DNA of 64,000 nucleotides, taken from IMG/VR virus record IMGVR_UViG_3300042309_002885, positions 32,001-96,000 of that record. One strand, written 5' to 3'. Each line of letters opens with the position of its first letter. Within the stretch, counting starts at the first letter, position 1. This stretch comes from a virus. Made by a program: the position numbers and the translations under genes. Shown one piece after another: positions 9,327 through 18,497 of this stretch. The notes beneath the pieces are model-generated. The model was given only the letters and a program-made list of their open reading frames with translations. It was not told where the DNA came from and did not search any database.

Positions 9327-10268
9327 ATGGCATCAAAAACGAAACTAGATAATTCGAATATCAGCAAACACCTTGGTCAGACGTCACAATATAAATCGAC
9401 TTACGATCCATCGCTCTTGGTACGCGAACCAAGACAATCAAATAGAACGCACCTTAATATTCAAGATGATAATCTCCCTTTCATCGGCAACGATACCTGG
9501 AATGCGTATGAGGTGTCTGGTTTGACAGATACGGGGTTACCTGTAACAGGTGTCGCTAAAATTGTCTATCCATGTACAAGTAAGTATATTGTTGAGTCAA
9601 AGTCTATTAAGCTTTACTTTAATAGCTTCAACATGACTAAGCTAGGCGAAACATCAGATGAAGTACGTTCGGTTATTTCGCGTAGAGCTAGTGTAGATCT
9701 TTCAAGACTCCTGGAAACAGATGTACAGGTTCATGTATTTAGTAATATATCTATATTAGAAGATGCAGAGTGTGCTATTAATGAGTGGGGTCATGATGTT
9801 AGTAAGCATAAAGGAGCAACATATGTTACACTCGAAGAAGTGTATCCTGTTGAGGGTGTAGAATTTAATACATATATTGAAACGCCTAAACTTCTTAGGG
9901 TGCTAGATTCAGAAGTTGCAGAAGTATACTATCATAGTGCTTTACTTAAATCAAACTGTAGAGTTACTTCGCAGCCTGATTGGGGCGATGTGTATATTTA
10001 TATGAAAGGAGACAAAACTGTAGATCCTATTTCCCTCCTACAATATATTGTTTCGTTTAGAGATGAATGTCACTTTCATGAAGAAATTTGCGAAACTATT
10101 TATAAAAGACTATACGACGCGATTAAACCTGATGAGCTTTGTGTGAGGTGTTTATATGCAAGACGTGGTGGTATTGATATTAACCCGGAACGTGCTTCTA
10201 GTAAAAGTCTGCTTCACCCTACTTTGAGTGACGAAACAGTACCGTATATTAAAACCCCCAAGCAATAA
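9327..10268 (+). CDS. queF: NADPH-dependent preQ0 reductase, bimodular type II
   Basis: VESKSIKLYFNSF, LLKSNCRVTSQPDWG (catalytic Cys), FHEEICE, YARRGGIDINP. Confidence 0.95.
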   Translation: MASKTKLDNSNISKHLGQTSQYKSTYDPSLLVREPRQSNRTHLNIQDDNLPFIGNDTWNAYEVSGLTDTGLPVTGVAKIVYPCTSKYIVESKSIKLYFNSFNMTKLGETSDEVRSVISRRASVDLSRLLETDVQVHVFSNISILEDAECAINEWGHDVSKHKGATYVTLEEVYPVEGVEFNTYIETPKLLRVLDSEVAEVYYHSALLKSNCRVTSQPDWGDVYIYMKGDKTVDPISLLQYIVSFRDECHFHEEICETIYKRLYDAIKPDELCVRCLYARRGGIDINPERASSKSLLHPTLSDETVPYIKTPKQ

Positions 10269-10292
10269 GCTACTGCTATAATAAATAATGGT

Positions 10293-10613
10293 ATGCCTAT
10301 ACCTACCACAAACAATGGTTCAACATTTTATAATATTAATGAATGTAGATCTTTCAAACAAGCTATCGGTACAAGTCTCGTAGGTCTTTCTGCTCAACCA
10401 TGCTCTGAGGTTATTATAATAAATAAGACAGGTGGAAATTTAACTATTTATGATAATAACTATTCAAGTAATAGTTTTGGGTTTCTTTTAGCGAGTAACG
10501 AGTCGTTTACTTTTAGAGGTATAACCAATACAAACATGGTATCCGCTATAGCAGCTTCAAGCGGAGATATATACTACCGTACACAGTTTTTTAGTTTACT
10601 TCCACAGCGCTAA
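10293..10613 (+). CDS. late hypothetical protein, probably virion-associated
   Basis: AATAAATA 5 nt upstream; Ser/Thr/Asn-rich beta-type sequence. Confidence 0.65.
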   Translation: MPIPTTNNGSTFYNINECRSFKQAIGTSLVGLSAQPCSEVIIINKTGGNLTIYDNNYSSNSFGFLLASNESFTFRGITNTNMVSAIAASSGDIYYRTQFFSLLPQR

Positions 10614-10628
10614 GCATAAATATAAACG

Positions 10629-12206
10629 ATGAGACTGTTTAGCGAAAAGGTAGTACCTACCTTTACTAGCTCAAACCTAAACATCCTAACAGTTGAAGAT
10701 TTTCAAGAGATCTTTTTCGATGTTTTTGAGTTTGAGATAAACGGGAAAAAGTTTATAGCAGAAAAAGTTTCCGAGTATAAGGGAGCCCCTGTTGTAGATA
10801 TTCCTTTAGTAATGGAAGGTAAAGAATACAATGCACTGTTTGTAGTGCATCAGGGAGCTTTTGAGGTTCTTTTTAATAAGAGTAGTGCTGTATATAAAAG
10901 AGATGTAGATATAGAGTCTACTTTACATATAAAAGAATCACACGAAGAACTAGAAGAAATTATCTTTGAGAAAAAAGAAGATATACTTACTGAAATTTCT
11001 CAAGCTAGACAGTCTGCAGAGAGATATGCTAAGAAATTAAAGCAGCAAAAAATTCATGAAGCGGATCAATATTTAAATAAAAGAAAAGAAATTTTAGATG
11101 CTGAAATTAATGAGTCTAAAAAAGATCTTTTAAATGAATTTTTATCTCTAGTTGAGAATGTTAAGGGTGAGTTCTTTGAGTTTAATGAAAAGGAAAGGGA
11201 AAAACTCTCTATCTTTATCGAGGATTCTATTTCTGAACTAGCCAATCAGCTGGTTGAGTCTATTGAAGAGAAGCAAGAAGTAGCAGAGAAGAGGTTTAAT
11301 GAGCAGTTAAATGAATTAGCTACAAATATTCTCTCTGGTGTTCTACTTAAAGAGATTAGCTCTAATAACGATAAGTGCGTTAAAGATATTAATGAGCGCT
11401 TTACGTTTATAACTAGCAATCTCAAAACATTATTAAGATCTGAAAGAGATCAAATAGATGAGAATGTAAATAATAAGCTTACTGAATTTAACGATGCTAT
11501 CGTTAGTCTAGAAAAGACCAATATAGAGTTAAATGACCTGATCAACAAGAGAGACAATAGAGCTCTCAGCAGGATCGGTAATGTTAAGTCTCAGTTAGAG
11601 GAAGCTATTGACCTTAGTACTAATACTCTAGTAGCCCGGGTGGATGAGGCTGAGAATAAAATAAGAACCTTTTACGACAATAAGATATCACTAATTGAAG
11701 AGAAAGTAGTTGACCTTACTACAGAAAATAAGCAATACTTTATAGATTTAGTAAATGAATCTAAACAATCTCTCTTAAATGAAATCTCTAATATAAAGGT
11801 TGATGTTCCAAACATTGTTATAGAAAAATCTAATGGTAAGCAGGAAGTAGATCTAAAGGGTATTAAGTCTGAGCTAGAAAAGATTATAGGTACAAGATTT
11901 TCAAATGAGCTACAATCATTAAAGAGATTAATAGAGATGTCTTCTGGTGGTGGTTCCGTTGCAAAGCAGTTTGCAGCTGGAGGTACTATGGAAGGTACAC
12001 TTAATGTAACAGGTCAATATCTTTCAGGCGGTGTAGATCTGCTTACTATTTTCGGTAGTGGTGATGATGTTGCAGTTAACACAGTAGTACGCTCTAGCAG
12101 TGCTAACTGGAATAGTACTTATAGTACGGTAAGCGCTTTAAGTGCTACATGGAGTTTAGGTCCTGATGACTCAAATACAATCATAGGTCTTTCAATCTTT
12201 TTATAA
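10629..12206 (+). CDS. long coiled-coil virion protein with fibre-like C-terminus
   Basis: ~400 aa E/K/L heptad region, then SSGGGSVA linker and SSANWNSTYSTVSALSATW segment; CATAAATA upstream. Confidence 0.65.
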   Translation: MRLFSEKVVPTFTSSNLNILTVEDFQEIFFDVFEFEINGKKFIAEKVSEYKGAPVVDIPLVMEGKEYNALFVVHQGAFEVLFNKSSAVYKRDVDIESTLHIKESHEELEEIIFEKKEDILTEISQARQSAERYAKKLKQQKIHEADQYLNKRKEILDAEINESKKDLLNEFLSLVENVKGEFFEFNEKEREKLSIFIEDSISELANQLVESIEEKQEVAEKRFNEQLNELATNILSGVLLKEISSNNDKCVKDINERFTFITSNLKTLLRSERDQIDENVNNKLTEFNDAIVSLEKTNIELNDLINKRDNRALSRIGNVKSQLEEAIDLSTNTLVARVDEAENKIRTFYDNKISLIEEKVVDLTTENKQYFIDLVNESKQSLLNEISNIKVDVPNIVIEKSNGKQEVDLKGIKSELEKIIGTRFSNELQSLKRLIEMSSGGGSVAKQFAAGGTMEGTLNVTGQYLSGGVDLLTIFGSGDDVAVNTVVRSSSANWNSTYSTVSALSATWSLGPDDSNTIIGLSIFL

Positions 12207-12222
12207 AAAAATAAATAAAATT

Positions 12223-12588
12223 ATGGCAACATATACAAAGCAATTATTATCACAAAGCACAAATGGCAAGTCTATTGTTATAGCTGCCAGTGGTGCTAAC
12301 ACTACAACAATACACACAACACAAGCCTCATCAGATATAATGGACGAGGTATGGTTGTATGCTACAAATTCTACAGCAGCAGATATTACATTAAATGTAT
12401 TGTATGGAGGTACAAATTTTTCAACTGATATTTTATTTGAAGGTGTTATTGAGGCTTATGCTGGAAATACATTAATCTGCCCTGGTTTAATTTTACAAGG
12501 AGATGGAACTACGGGATCTTCTATATATGGAAATGCTAGTGTATTGAGTGGCATTAATGTTTTCGGCTATGTAAATAGGATAAGTTAA
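12223..12588 (+). CDS. late hypothetical protein in the tail-fibre module
   Basis: AATAAATA 5 nt upstream; directly precedes the repeat protein. Confidence 0.65.
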   Translation: MATYTKQLLSQSTNGKSIVIAASGANTTTIHTTQASSDIMDEVWLYATNSTAADITLNVLYGGTNFSTDILFEGVIEAYAGNTLICPGLILQGDGTTGSSIYGNASVLSGINVFGYVNRIS

Positions 12589-12589
12589 T

Positions 12590-15109
12590 ATGAGTATTCG
12601 TTACGGAAATAAAGTTGGACCGTTAGTCTCACGTAAGTCTTCTTTTTTTAAAAAGGATAGATTTGATCGACTGCGTATTAAACAACCATCACCTACTAGC
12701 TCAACATCAAGCACTTGGACACGTCCAGCTGATTGGCTAACAATGCCGACTATAATATCTTCAGAGCAAAAAATAGCTTTGTTGATGCCAGTGTTTCCGC
12801 AACAATCTAACTTTCTCGCTTTTACAATATCTGGAGCATATACAGTTGATTGGGGTGATGGTGTAACAGAAAATGTTGCATCTGGTGTTAAGGCTCAACA
12901 TGAATACTCTTATACCGACCCAGATTTAAATGCCACCGTTACAAGTGATGGTTATAAAATGGCAGTTGTAGTCATTACTCCTCAAGCTGGTCAAAATATA
13001 ACAAGTGTAGACTTTAACCAAAAATATGCATTAACGGGATCTACATTTCCTGATTCTTCTCCTATATTAGAAATAGTTTTATCTTGCCCAAGTTTAACAG
13101 GTTTAACTCTTGGTAGTGCAACTGTTGCTTCTGTTTTCTGTAAAAATTTAGTTAGTTTTACTGGAGTTAATATGGGATTATTAACTGACTTAACTAATTC
13201 ATTTGCAAATTTAGTTTCATTAAAAAATATATCCCTCAGCGGTACTACTAACGTTACTAATATGACAAGTGCATTTAGTGGTTGTTCTAGTCTTATAAGT
13301 GTATCATTGTCTGATACAGGAAGTGTTACTAATATGACTAGTATGTTTAATAATTGCAGGTCTCTTAATACTGTACCATTATTCAATACAGCAGCTGTTA
13401 CTAATATGAGTGGTATGTTTAGTGGTTGCTCTTCTCTTACAAGTGTTCCACTATTCAATACAGGGGCTGTTACTAGTATGAATAGTATGTTTAGTAGTTG
13501 TACTTCTCTTACAAGCGTACCACTGTTTAATACAGCAGCTGTTACTAATATGAGTTCTATGTTTAGTGGTTGCTCTTCTCTTACAAGTGTTCCACTATTC
13601 AATACAGGGGCTGTTACTAATATGAATAGTATGTTTGCCTCTTGTTCCCGTCTTCAGACTGTACCATTATTTAACACGCAAAATGTTACTACTATGGGAG
13701 GTAATATTCCACCAGAAGGAATGTTTTTTAGCTGTAGATCACTTACAAGTGTACCACTATTCAATACAGCAGCTGTTACTAGTATGGGTAGTATGTTTTT
13801 TAGTTGTACTTCTCTTACAAGTGTACCGCTTTTTAATACAATAGCTGTTACTAATATGGTTAGTATGTTTAGTAGTTGTACTTCTCTTACAACTGTACCA
13901 CTGTTTAATACAGCAGCTGTTACTAATATGGGTAGTATGTTTTTTAGTTGTACTTCTCTTACAAGTGTACCGTTATTCAATACAGGGGCTGTGCAATTCA
14001 CGAGTACTATGTTTAATAGTTGTACTTCTCTTACAACTGTACCACTGTTTAATACAGCAGCTGTTACTAGTATGAATAGTATGTTTAATAGTTGTACTTC
14101 TCTTACAACTGTACCGTTATTCAATACAGGGGCTGTTACTGATATGAATAGTATGTTTAGTGGTTGCTCTTCTCTTACAACTGTACCACTGTTTAATACA
14201 GCAGCTGTTACTAATATGGGTGGTATGTTTAGTAGTTGTACTTCTCTTACAACTGTACCACTGTTTAATACAGCAGCTGTTACTAATATGGTTAGTATGT
14301 TTAGTGGTTGCTCTTCTCTTACAAGTGTACCGTTATTCAATACAGCAGCTGTTACTAATATGAGTTCTATGTTTAGTGGTTGCTCTTCTCTTACAACTGT
14401 ACCGTTATTAATTTCAGGTGCTGGAACAAGTACAGGAAAGTTTGGTAGTATTTTTACAAGTTGTATATCACTTACAAGAGCAGCATTAAGCGGATCTGAA
14501 TATTCAATAAGTTATAGTGGTTGTAAATTATCAAAAGAAGAATTAGAATCTATATTCAATTATCTAGACACAATAGGTGCTGCTTCTCAAACAATAACAG
14601 TAACAAACAATTGGGGAGCGCCGACACCTGTAACTCTTACAGGAACTACAACAGCTGGTAGCACAACAATAACAATGGCAAACACAACTGGTATTGCTGT
14701 AGGTATGCAAATTACTGGTACTGGTTCCCCTCTTACAACAGCAAGAGCTGTTACATTTACTGATGCTGGCGATCTGGTCAACTTAGCATCACATGGTTTA
14801 AGTAATGGAGATGAAGTTTCTTTTGCAACTATAGTAACAACGACTGGTATTGTTACTAATAGAATTTATTATGTAGTCAATGCTACAGCTGGAACATTTC
14901 AAGTAGCAGCAACTCTAGGTGGTCCAGCACTAGCATTAACGATAAACGGTTCTGGAACCTTACGCTATCGTACACAGGTTGTATCAATTAACCCCAACGT
15001 AAGCGTCACAGTATCACGACAAATGGCTGCGGGGGGTGCAAATAGTTTAACATTTAGACAATTAAGAACTGGAACAGCCCTATTAAAAGGCTGGGCAGTA
15101 ACAGCATAA
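12590..15109 (+). CDS. BspA/DUF285-type leucine-rich-repeat tail fibre or adhesin
   Basis: YTVDWGDG (PKD-like) N-terminal region, 24-aa repeats TSVPLFNTAAVTNMSSMFSGCSSL, Thr/Gly-rich C-terminal domains. Confidence 0.8.
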   Translation: MSIRYGNKVGPLVSRKSSFFKKDRFDRLRIKQPSPTSSTSSTWTRPADWLTMPTIISSEQKIALLMPVFPQQSNFLAFTISGAYTVDWGDGVTENVASGVKAQHEYSYTDPDLNATVTSDGYKMAVVVITPQAGQNITSVDFNQKYALTGSTFPDSSPILEIVLSCPSLTGLTLGSATVASVFCKNLVSFTGVNMGLLTDLTNSFANLVSLKNISLSGTTNVTNMTSAFSGCSSLISVSLSDTGSVTNMTSMFNNCRSLNTVPLFNTAAVTNMSGMFSGCSSLTSVPLFNTGAVTSMNSMFSSCTSLTSVPLFNTAAVTNMSSMFSGCSSLTSVPLFNTGAVTNMNSMFASCSRLQTVPLFNTQNVTTMGGNIPPEGMFFSCRSLTSVPLFNTAAVTSMGSMFFSCTSLTSVPLFNTIAVTNMVSMFSSCTSLTTVPLFNTAAVTNMGSMFFSCTSLTSVPLFNTGAVQFTSTMFNSCTSLTTVPLFNTAAVTSMNSMFNSCTSLTTVPLFNTGAVTDMNSMFSGCSSLTTVPLFNTAAVTNMGGMFSSCTSLTTVPLFNTAAVTNMVSMFSGCSSLTSVPLFNTAAVTNMSSMFSGCSSLTTVPLLISGAGTSTGKFGSIFTSCISLTRAALSGSEYSISYSGCKLSKEELESIFNYLDTIGAASQTITVTNNWGAPTPVTLTGTTTAGSTTITMANTTGIAVGMQITGTGSPLTTARAVTFTDAGDLVNLASHGLSNGDEVSFATIVTTTGIVTNRIYYVVNATAGTFQVAATLGGPALALTINGSGTLRYRTQVVSINPNVSVTVSRQMAAGGANSLTFRQLRTGTALLKGWAVTA
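13367..14410 (+). repeat. 14 near-perfect tandem 72-nt (24-aa) repeats, one with a 6-aa insertion
   Basis: attcaataca recurs at 13381 and 13453 (period 72); 14x72+18 nt leads exactly to the TTVPLL codons at 14393. Confidence 0.95.
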
Positions 15110-15113
15110 TTTT

Positions 15114-15281
15114 ATGACATCAGGATTTTACAAAAAAGATAATGAGGAACTTTTCTATGCTCCAAACATAGTAGAAGGAAATGGGTTTGTGTTAGTAGCG
15201 CAAGACAAAGATCAATATGAATATCCAGTAGATGGATGGTATTGGTTTGAAAGTGAAGAAGAAGCTATTACGACACTATAA
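15114..15281 (+). CDS. 55-aa protein, possible fibre assembly chaperone (not in the ORF track)
   Basis: Manual translation MTSGFYKKDNEELFYAPNIVEGNGFVLVAQDKDQYEYPVDGWYWFESEEEAITTL, starting 4 nt after the fibre stop. Confidence 0.7.
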   Translation: MTSGFYKKDNEELFYAPNIVEGNGFVLVAQDKDQYEYPVDGWYWFESEEEAITTL

Positions 15282-15282
15282 T

Positions 15283-15312
15283 AAAAAAAGAGCCGATCTT
15301 TCGATCGGCTCT
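15283..15312 (-). terminator. rho-independent terminator, possibly bidirectional
   Basis: AGAGCCGATC-loop-GATCGGCTCT stem with a GAAA loop and U-tract on the minus strand, between convergent genes. Confidence 0.85.
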
Positions 15313-15334
15313 CTTAGTATATGAAGAAGAAGTA

Positions 15335-15730
15335 TTAACGATAACCTAGATATACTTCCTTTTGAATCTGCGGATAAGATGTATTAAATCCATTTGCTGT
15401 TAGACTCTGTGTAGCTGCTCCTGTTGCTACTGTGAAGAGCGAGGAAGAATTATCTGTGAATATAAGAGCCATTGTTTGACCGTTATATGCTTGATCTACT
15501 CTCAGTGTTGTTCCAATAGCTGCAGAGAGAGTAGTAAAAGAACCTGTTCCAGAAGCTGGTGCGGTGAGTGCGTTAAAAGCAATACCACGTACCTGACTAT
15601 TATTAGCTGTACCGGTAGATACAAGTTCGACTGTTTTAAATTCACCCGTACTAGATAACGACCAATTTAAATTAACAGGTGTAGTACCGAACGAAGAGAG
15701 AGCTTGATTGTTGAAACTAATGACTGGCAT
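15335..15730 (-). CDS. late hypothetical protein downstream of gp23, possible capsid decoration
   Basis: AATAAATA 5 nt upstream; Ser/Thr/Ala-rich. Confidence 0.65.
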   Translation of the reverse strand: MPVISFNNQALSSFGTTPVNLNWSLSSTGEFKTVELVSTGTANNSQVRGIAFNALTAPASGTGSFTTLSAAIGTTLRVDQAYNGQTMALIFTDNSSSLFTVATGAATQSLTANGFNTSYPQIQKEVYLGYR

Positions 15731-15764
15731 ATTATTATTTATTCATCTCCATATCTTTTTATAT

Positions 15765-15798
15765 AAAAAAATGGCGAGGTCTTCGGCCCCCGCCATTT
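15765..15798 (-). terminator. rho-independent terminator after gp23
   Basis: Minus strand ATGGCGGGG...CCTCGCCAT followed by a T7 tract. Confidence 0.8.
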
Positions 15799-15829
15799 AA
15801 AGTTTAGTTGTACCTAACGCAACTATCTA

Positions 15830-17299
15830 TCAAAAATAGACATTTTGTGCAGCCGGGCTAAATGCAGTACCTAAGCCGTTTACAATTACAACGTGGTAAT
15901 AGAGATTTGCACCAAAGATGTTATCTACAACACCATAACGTGTAAGTAGACCTACGCGTGGAGCGAAGTCATTTGGACCAATTGTTCTCTGTACCATGAT
16001 TGGAATGTAAGGGCAATAGATGATACCTGTATCGTAGAACTCTGAGCCCTTGTAACCAAGAAGCGCATATTCAATCGAAGAGGTGTAGTTATTTGAATAA
16101 CCTGCATTATATCCGTATTGTACTTCTGTACGTGTATCGCGATAAACCGTGAATCTTCCACCAACAGAGCCTACTTTCGCTACACCAACTGGCTGTGTTG
16201 ATACATCACCTTGAACTGGTACCCACTGAAATTCAGGGAGCATTTCAAGAATTGCACAAACACGTGGTGTTGCAACAATGAAGTTAGCAGCACCGCGTCT
16301 GTTACGAACAGCGATTCTGTTTGCTTCAATAATAAGCTTTTGATAGAAGTCTCTATTTCTTTCAACGAGCCATCTGCCGTCAGCAGAAGCTGGGCTCCAG
16401 AAGGAGTAACCTGCTCCTTGACCTGCGTTCAGTGCGGATTGAATCATTCTTATGATCATTTCACGGTCGATTTCTGCTTGAATCTCATACGACATAGCGT
16501 TTGTGATTTCAGCATCGATATCAATACCGTTCATGTTCTTAAGGTCTTGTTCAAGCTCAACTGACCAGCGTGCACCAAGTCTACGTGTACCTGCTTCAAC
16601 AGCGGTCTTCTCGAACTTAACTTCAACTTGCGGGATGTTACCTGTAATTTCAAACGCAGATAAGATCTGAGCAACGCCCTGATCTTGTGCGGAGAAAGTC
16701 CAAGGAGCAGCGCCAGAGAGTCTCGACGAAGATGCACCAGTGAAACGAGTATCTAAGAATTGATAGCCAAGCTCTCTGTTTTCAACAGTACCATTATACT
16801 GAGTTTGGCCTGGGTAACCAACAGGTGTACCTGGACCAGTAGTACCGGCATTGTTGTAAGCAGATGCTACACCATCAATACCATTACCGAGGTATTGTGA
16901 TTGATATGTGTAACGAAGAGCAAATGCAAGACCTACTGGACCTGACATTGGCTGTACGCCTACGATCTCGTTTGAAATAAGCTCAGGGAATGTGCGACGG
17001 ATCATCGGAATAAGGATCTTTGGAAGACGTTGATCTCCTGTAGCATAGCTATCAGAAGAATTAACTTGGCCAGCTCCTGGGTTGTAACCACCACCACCAC
17101 CGAGAATACCGGTGTTGTTAGCTTCAGTCATACACCATTGTTCTTGGTTCTCAAGAAGAATAGCGGTATTTAAGCGAGCGTGTTCGTCTTTAATTTCCTT
17201 TACCGAATCAGAAGAATAGTTAAGAACAGGTGACCACTTTTCTAGAAGTGCTTCAGCTCTGTTTTTATCTACAAATGATTGTGTCGGACGAATTTTCAT
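15830..17299 (-). CDS. gp23: major capsid protein (T4 gp23-like)
   Basis: LLEKWSPVL, ILLENQE, LIPMIRRTFP, GVQPMSGPVGLAFALR, ELEQDLK..GID, YCPYIP, PRVGLLTRYG. Confidence 0.98.
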   Translation of the reverse strand: MKIRPTQSFVDKNRAEALLEKWSPVLNYSSDSVKEIKDEHARLNTAILLENQEQWCMTEANNTGILGGGGGYNPGAGQVNSSDSYATGDQRLPKILIPMIRRTFPELISNEIVGVQPMSGPVGLAFALRYTYQSQYLGNGIDGVASAYNNAGTTGPGTPVGYPGQTQYNGTVENRELGYQFLDTRFTGASSSRLSGAAPWTFSAQDQGVAQILSAFEITGNIPQVEVKFEKTAVEAGTRRLGARWSVELEQDLKNMNGIDIDAEITNAMSYEIQAEIDREMIIRMIQSALNAGQGAGYSFWSPASADGRWLVERNRDFYQKLIIEANRIAVRNRRGAANFIVATPRVCAILEMLPEFQWVPVQGDVSTQPVGVAKVGSVGGRFTVYRDTRTEVQYGYNAGYSNNYTSSIEYALLGYKGSEFYDTGIIYCPYIPIMVQRTIGPNDFAPRVGLLTRYGVVDNIFGANLYYHVVIVNGLGTAFSPAAQNVYF

Positions 17300-17326
17300 A
17301 TTGCTTTGTTTCCTTTCAAAATACTC

Positions 17327-17343
17327 AGGTTATATTATAACCT
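17327..17343. promoter_or_regulatory. perfect palindrome in the gp23 leader
   Basis: AGGTTATA-T-TATAACCT, 28 nt upstream of the gp23 start. Confidence 0.5.
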
Positions 17344-17362
17344 CAACAATTGGGAGAATTTT

Positions 17363-18214
17363 TTATTTATATTTCTGTAACTCTGAAATATAGGGATTAT
17401 TGATCACCGTTTTAGGAGCTTGTGTTTCCTTTATTACTGGTGTATCTGATTTTACTTTTCTAGTTTGAAACGCTTCTTCTTTTAGAATGTTTAATCTTTC
17501 AGTTTCTTTTTTCTCAAAAAGTCGTAGCGTATAGTTGAAATTTTCTTCTATAAATTTTGGCGCTTTGTCACCTAGAACACGCTTAATGTATTCTTTCTTT
17601 TTATCCGAAAGACCAGCGGTTTTGTTTTCAAGAATGAGGGCGGATTTTGTTTTAATGTAATTTTCTTTTATTACGGTATTTTCCTTTTCAAGACTTGTAA
17701 CTTTATTTGTTAGCTCATCGATTTGATTTTTACCATCGATTACAGCGGTCTGAACCGATTCGCTCATAAGTGCTGAGTCAATTGCTAATACACGACGTAA
17801 GTTACCAAGTACCTCTCTAGCTGTCTTATTCTTAGTTGCTTCTACAATTGCTTCAGATGGAATAGCTTCTTCGAGAAACTCTTCTAAGTAATTAGAAATA
17901 GATTCTACAAGAGTCTCTTTAAAGTTGTTAGCTTCATTTGTAAGCTCTGCTTCGTATTTTTTAATAACCTTTACAAGCTTGTTAGAGTTATTCTTATCAA
18001 TAGATTCAACTACTCTCTTTAGTTTTGCCGTGTGATCTTTATCTATAGCAGTTATTAGTTGTTGTAACTTTTTGGCATATAAATCATCCTGCTGTGCTAG
18101 TGCCGATTCTACGGTAATTTCTAGCTTTTTAGTAAAAGCCTCTTCTATAGCGTGAAGAGACTCTTCTGTTAAAACTTGCTTTGCTTCATCTGTTAGTAGT
18201 GTTGATACTTTCAT
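17363..18214 (-). CDS. gp22: prohead core scaffold protein (gp22-like)
   Basis: Acidic coiled-coil located between the prohead protease and gp23. Confidence 0.85.
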   Translation of the reverse strand: MKVSTLLTDEAKQVLTEESLHAIEEAFTKKLEITVESALAQQDDLYAKKLQQLITAIDKDHTAKLKRVVESIDKNNSNKLVKVIKKYEAELTNEANNFKETLVESISNYLEEFLEEAIPSEAIVEATKNKTAREVLGNLRRVLAIDSALMSESVQTAVIDGKNQIDELTNKVTSLEKENTVIKENYIKTKSALILENKTAGLSDKKKEYIKRVLGDKAPKFIEENFNYTLRLFEKKETERLNILKEEAFQTRKVKSDTPVIKETQAPKTVINNPYISELQKYK

Positions 18215-18217
18215 ATA

Positions 18218-18484
18218 TTAAAAGAGAGGTTTGTTAAGCGAAGAAGATATTCTAGATTTAATCTTGTCTTCTATTACTTGCTTTAAATATTTATGAGCAA
18301 GAGCGTATTTTTTTGTAGAAATTGATGTAATAAAGTTTTTTATATCTGGTGACTCTTTCACTATCTTTTTCTTCTTATTTTTAGTAGACTTTATAACTCT
18401 ATCCTTAGAACCCTTAAATTCATCTGATGGCGACTCAATCTTACCGTCGCGATCATAATCTTTTTTAGCTTTTTGCTTAGACAT
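18218..18484 (-). CDS. small prohead core protein (gp67/68 position) with a DxDxDG motif
   Basis: Position; KDYDRDGKIES; TATAAATA 5 nt upstream. Confidence 0.65.
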   Translation of the reverse strand: MSKQKAKKDYDRDGKIESPSDEFKGSKDRVIKSTKNKKKKIVKESPDIKNFITSISTKKYALAHKYLKQVIEDKIKSRISSSLNKPLF

Positions 18485-18489
18485 ACTAT

Positions 18490-18497
18490 TATTTATA
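18490..18497 (-). promoter_or_regulatory. late promoter for the core protein/gp22 unit
   Basis: TATAAATA-N5-ATG. Confidence 0.7.

Noticed and set aside
12991-14363. Antisense and alternate-frame ORFs (12991..13602, 13654..14340, 13635..13844, 14160..14363)
   Set aside because: By-products of the 72-nt repeat periodicity inside the fibre gene; no independent start signals
13367-14410. Possible CRISPR array or DGR template/variable repeat
   Set aside because: The repeats are contiguous, in-frame and coding with no unique spacers; no reverse transcriptase or separate template repeat is in the window, and the variation is not adenine-specific
15952-16737. Other short overlapping ORFs in the track, e.g. 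inside gp23, nrdA, gp43, gp46 and gp41
   Set aside because: Fully nested in strongly supported genes, with no motifs or promoters
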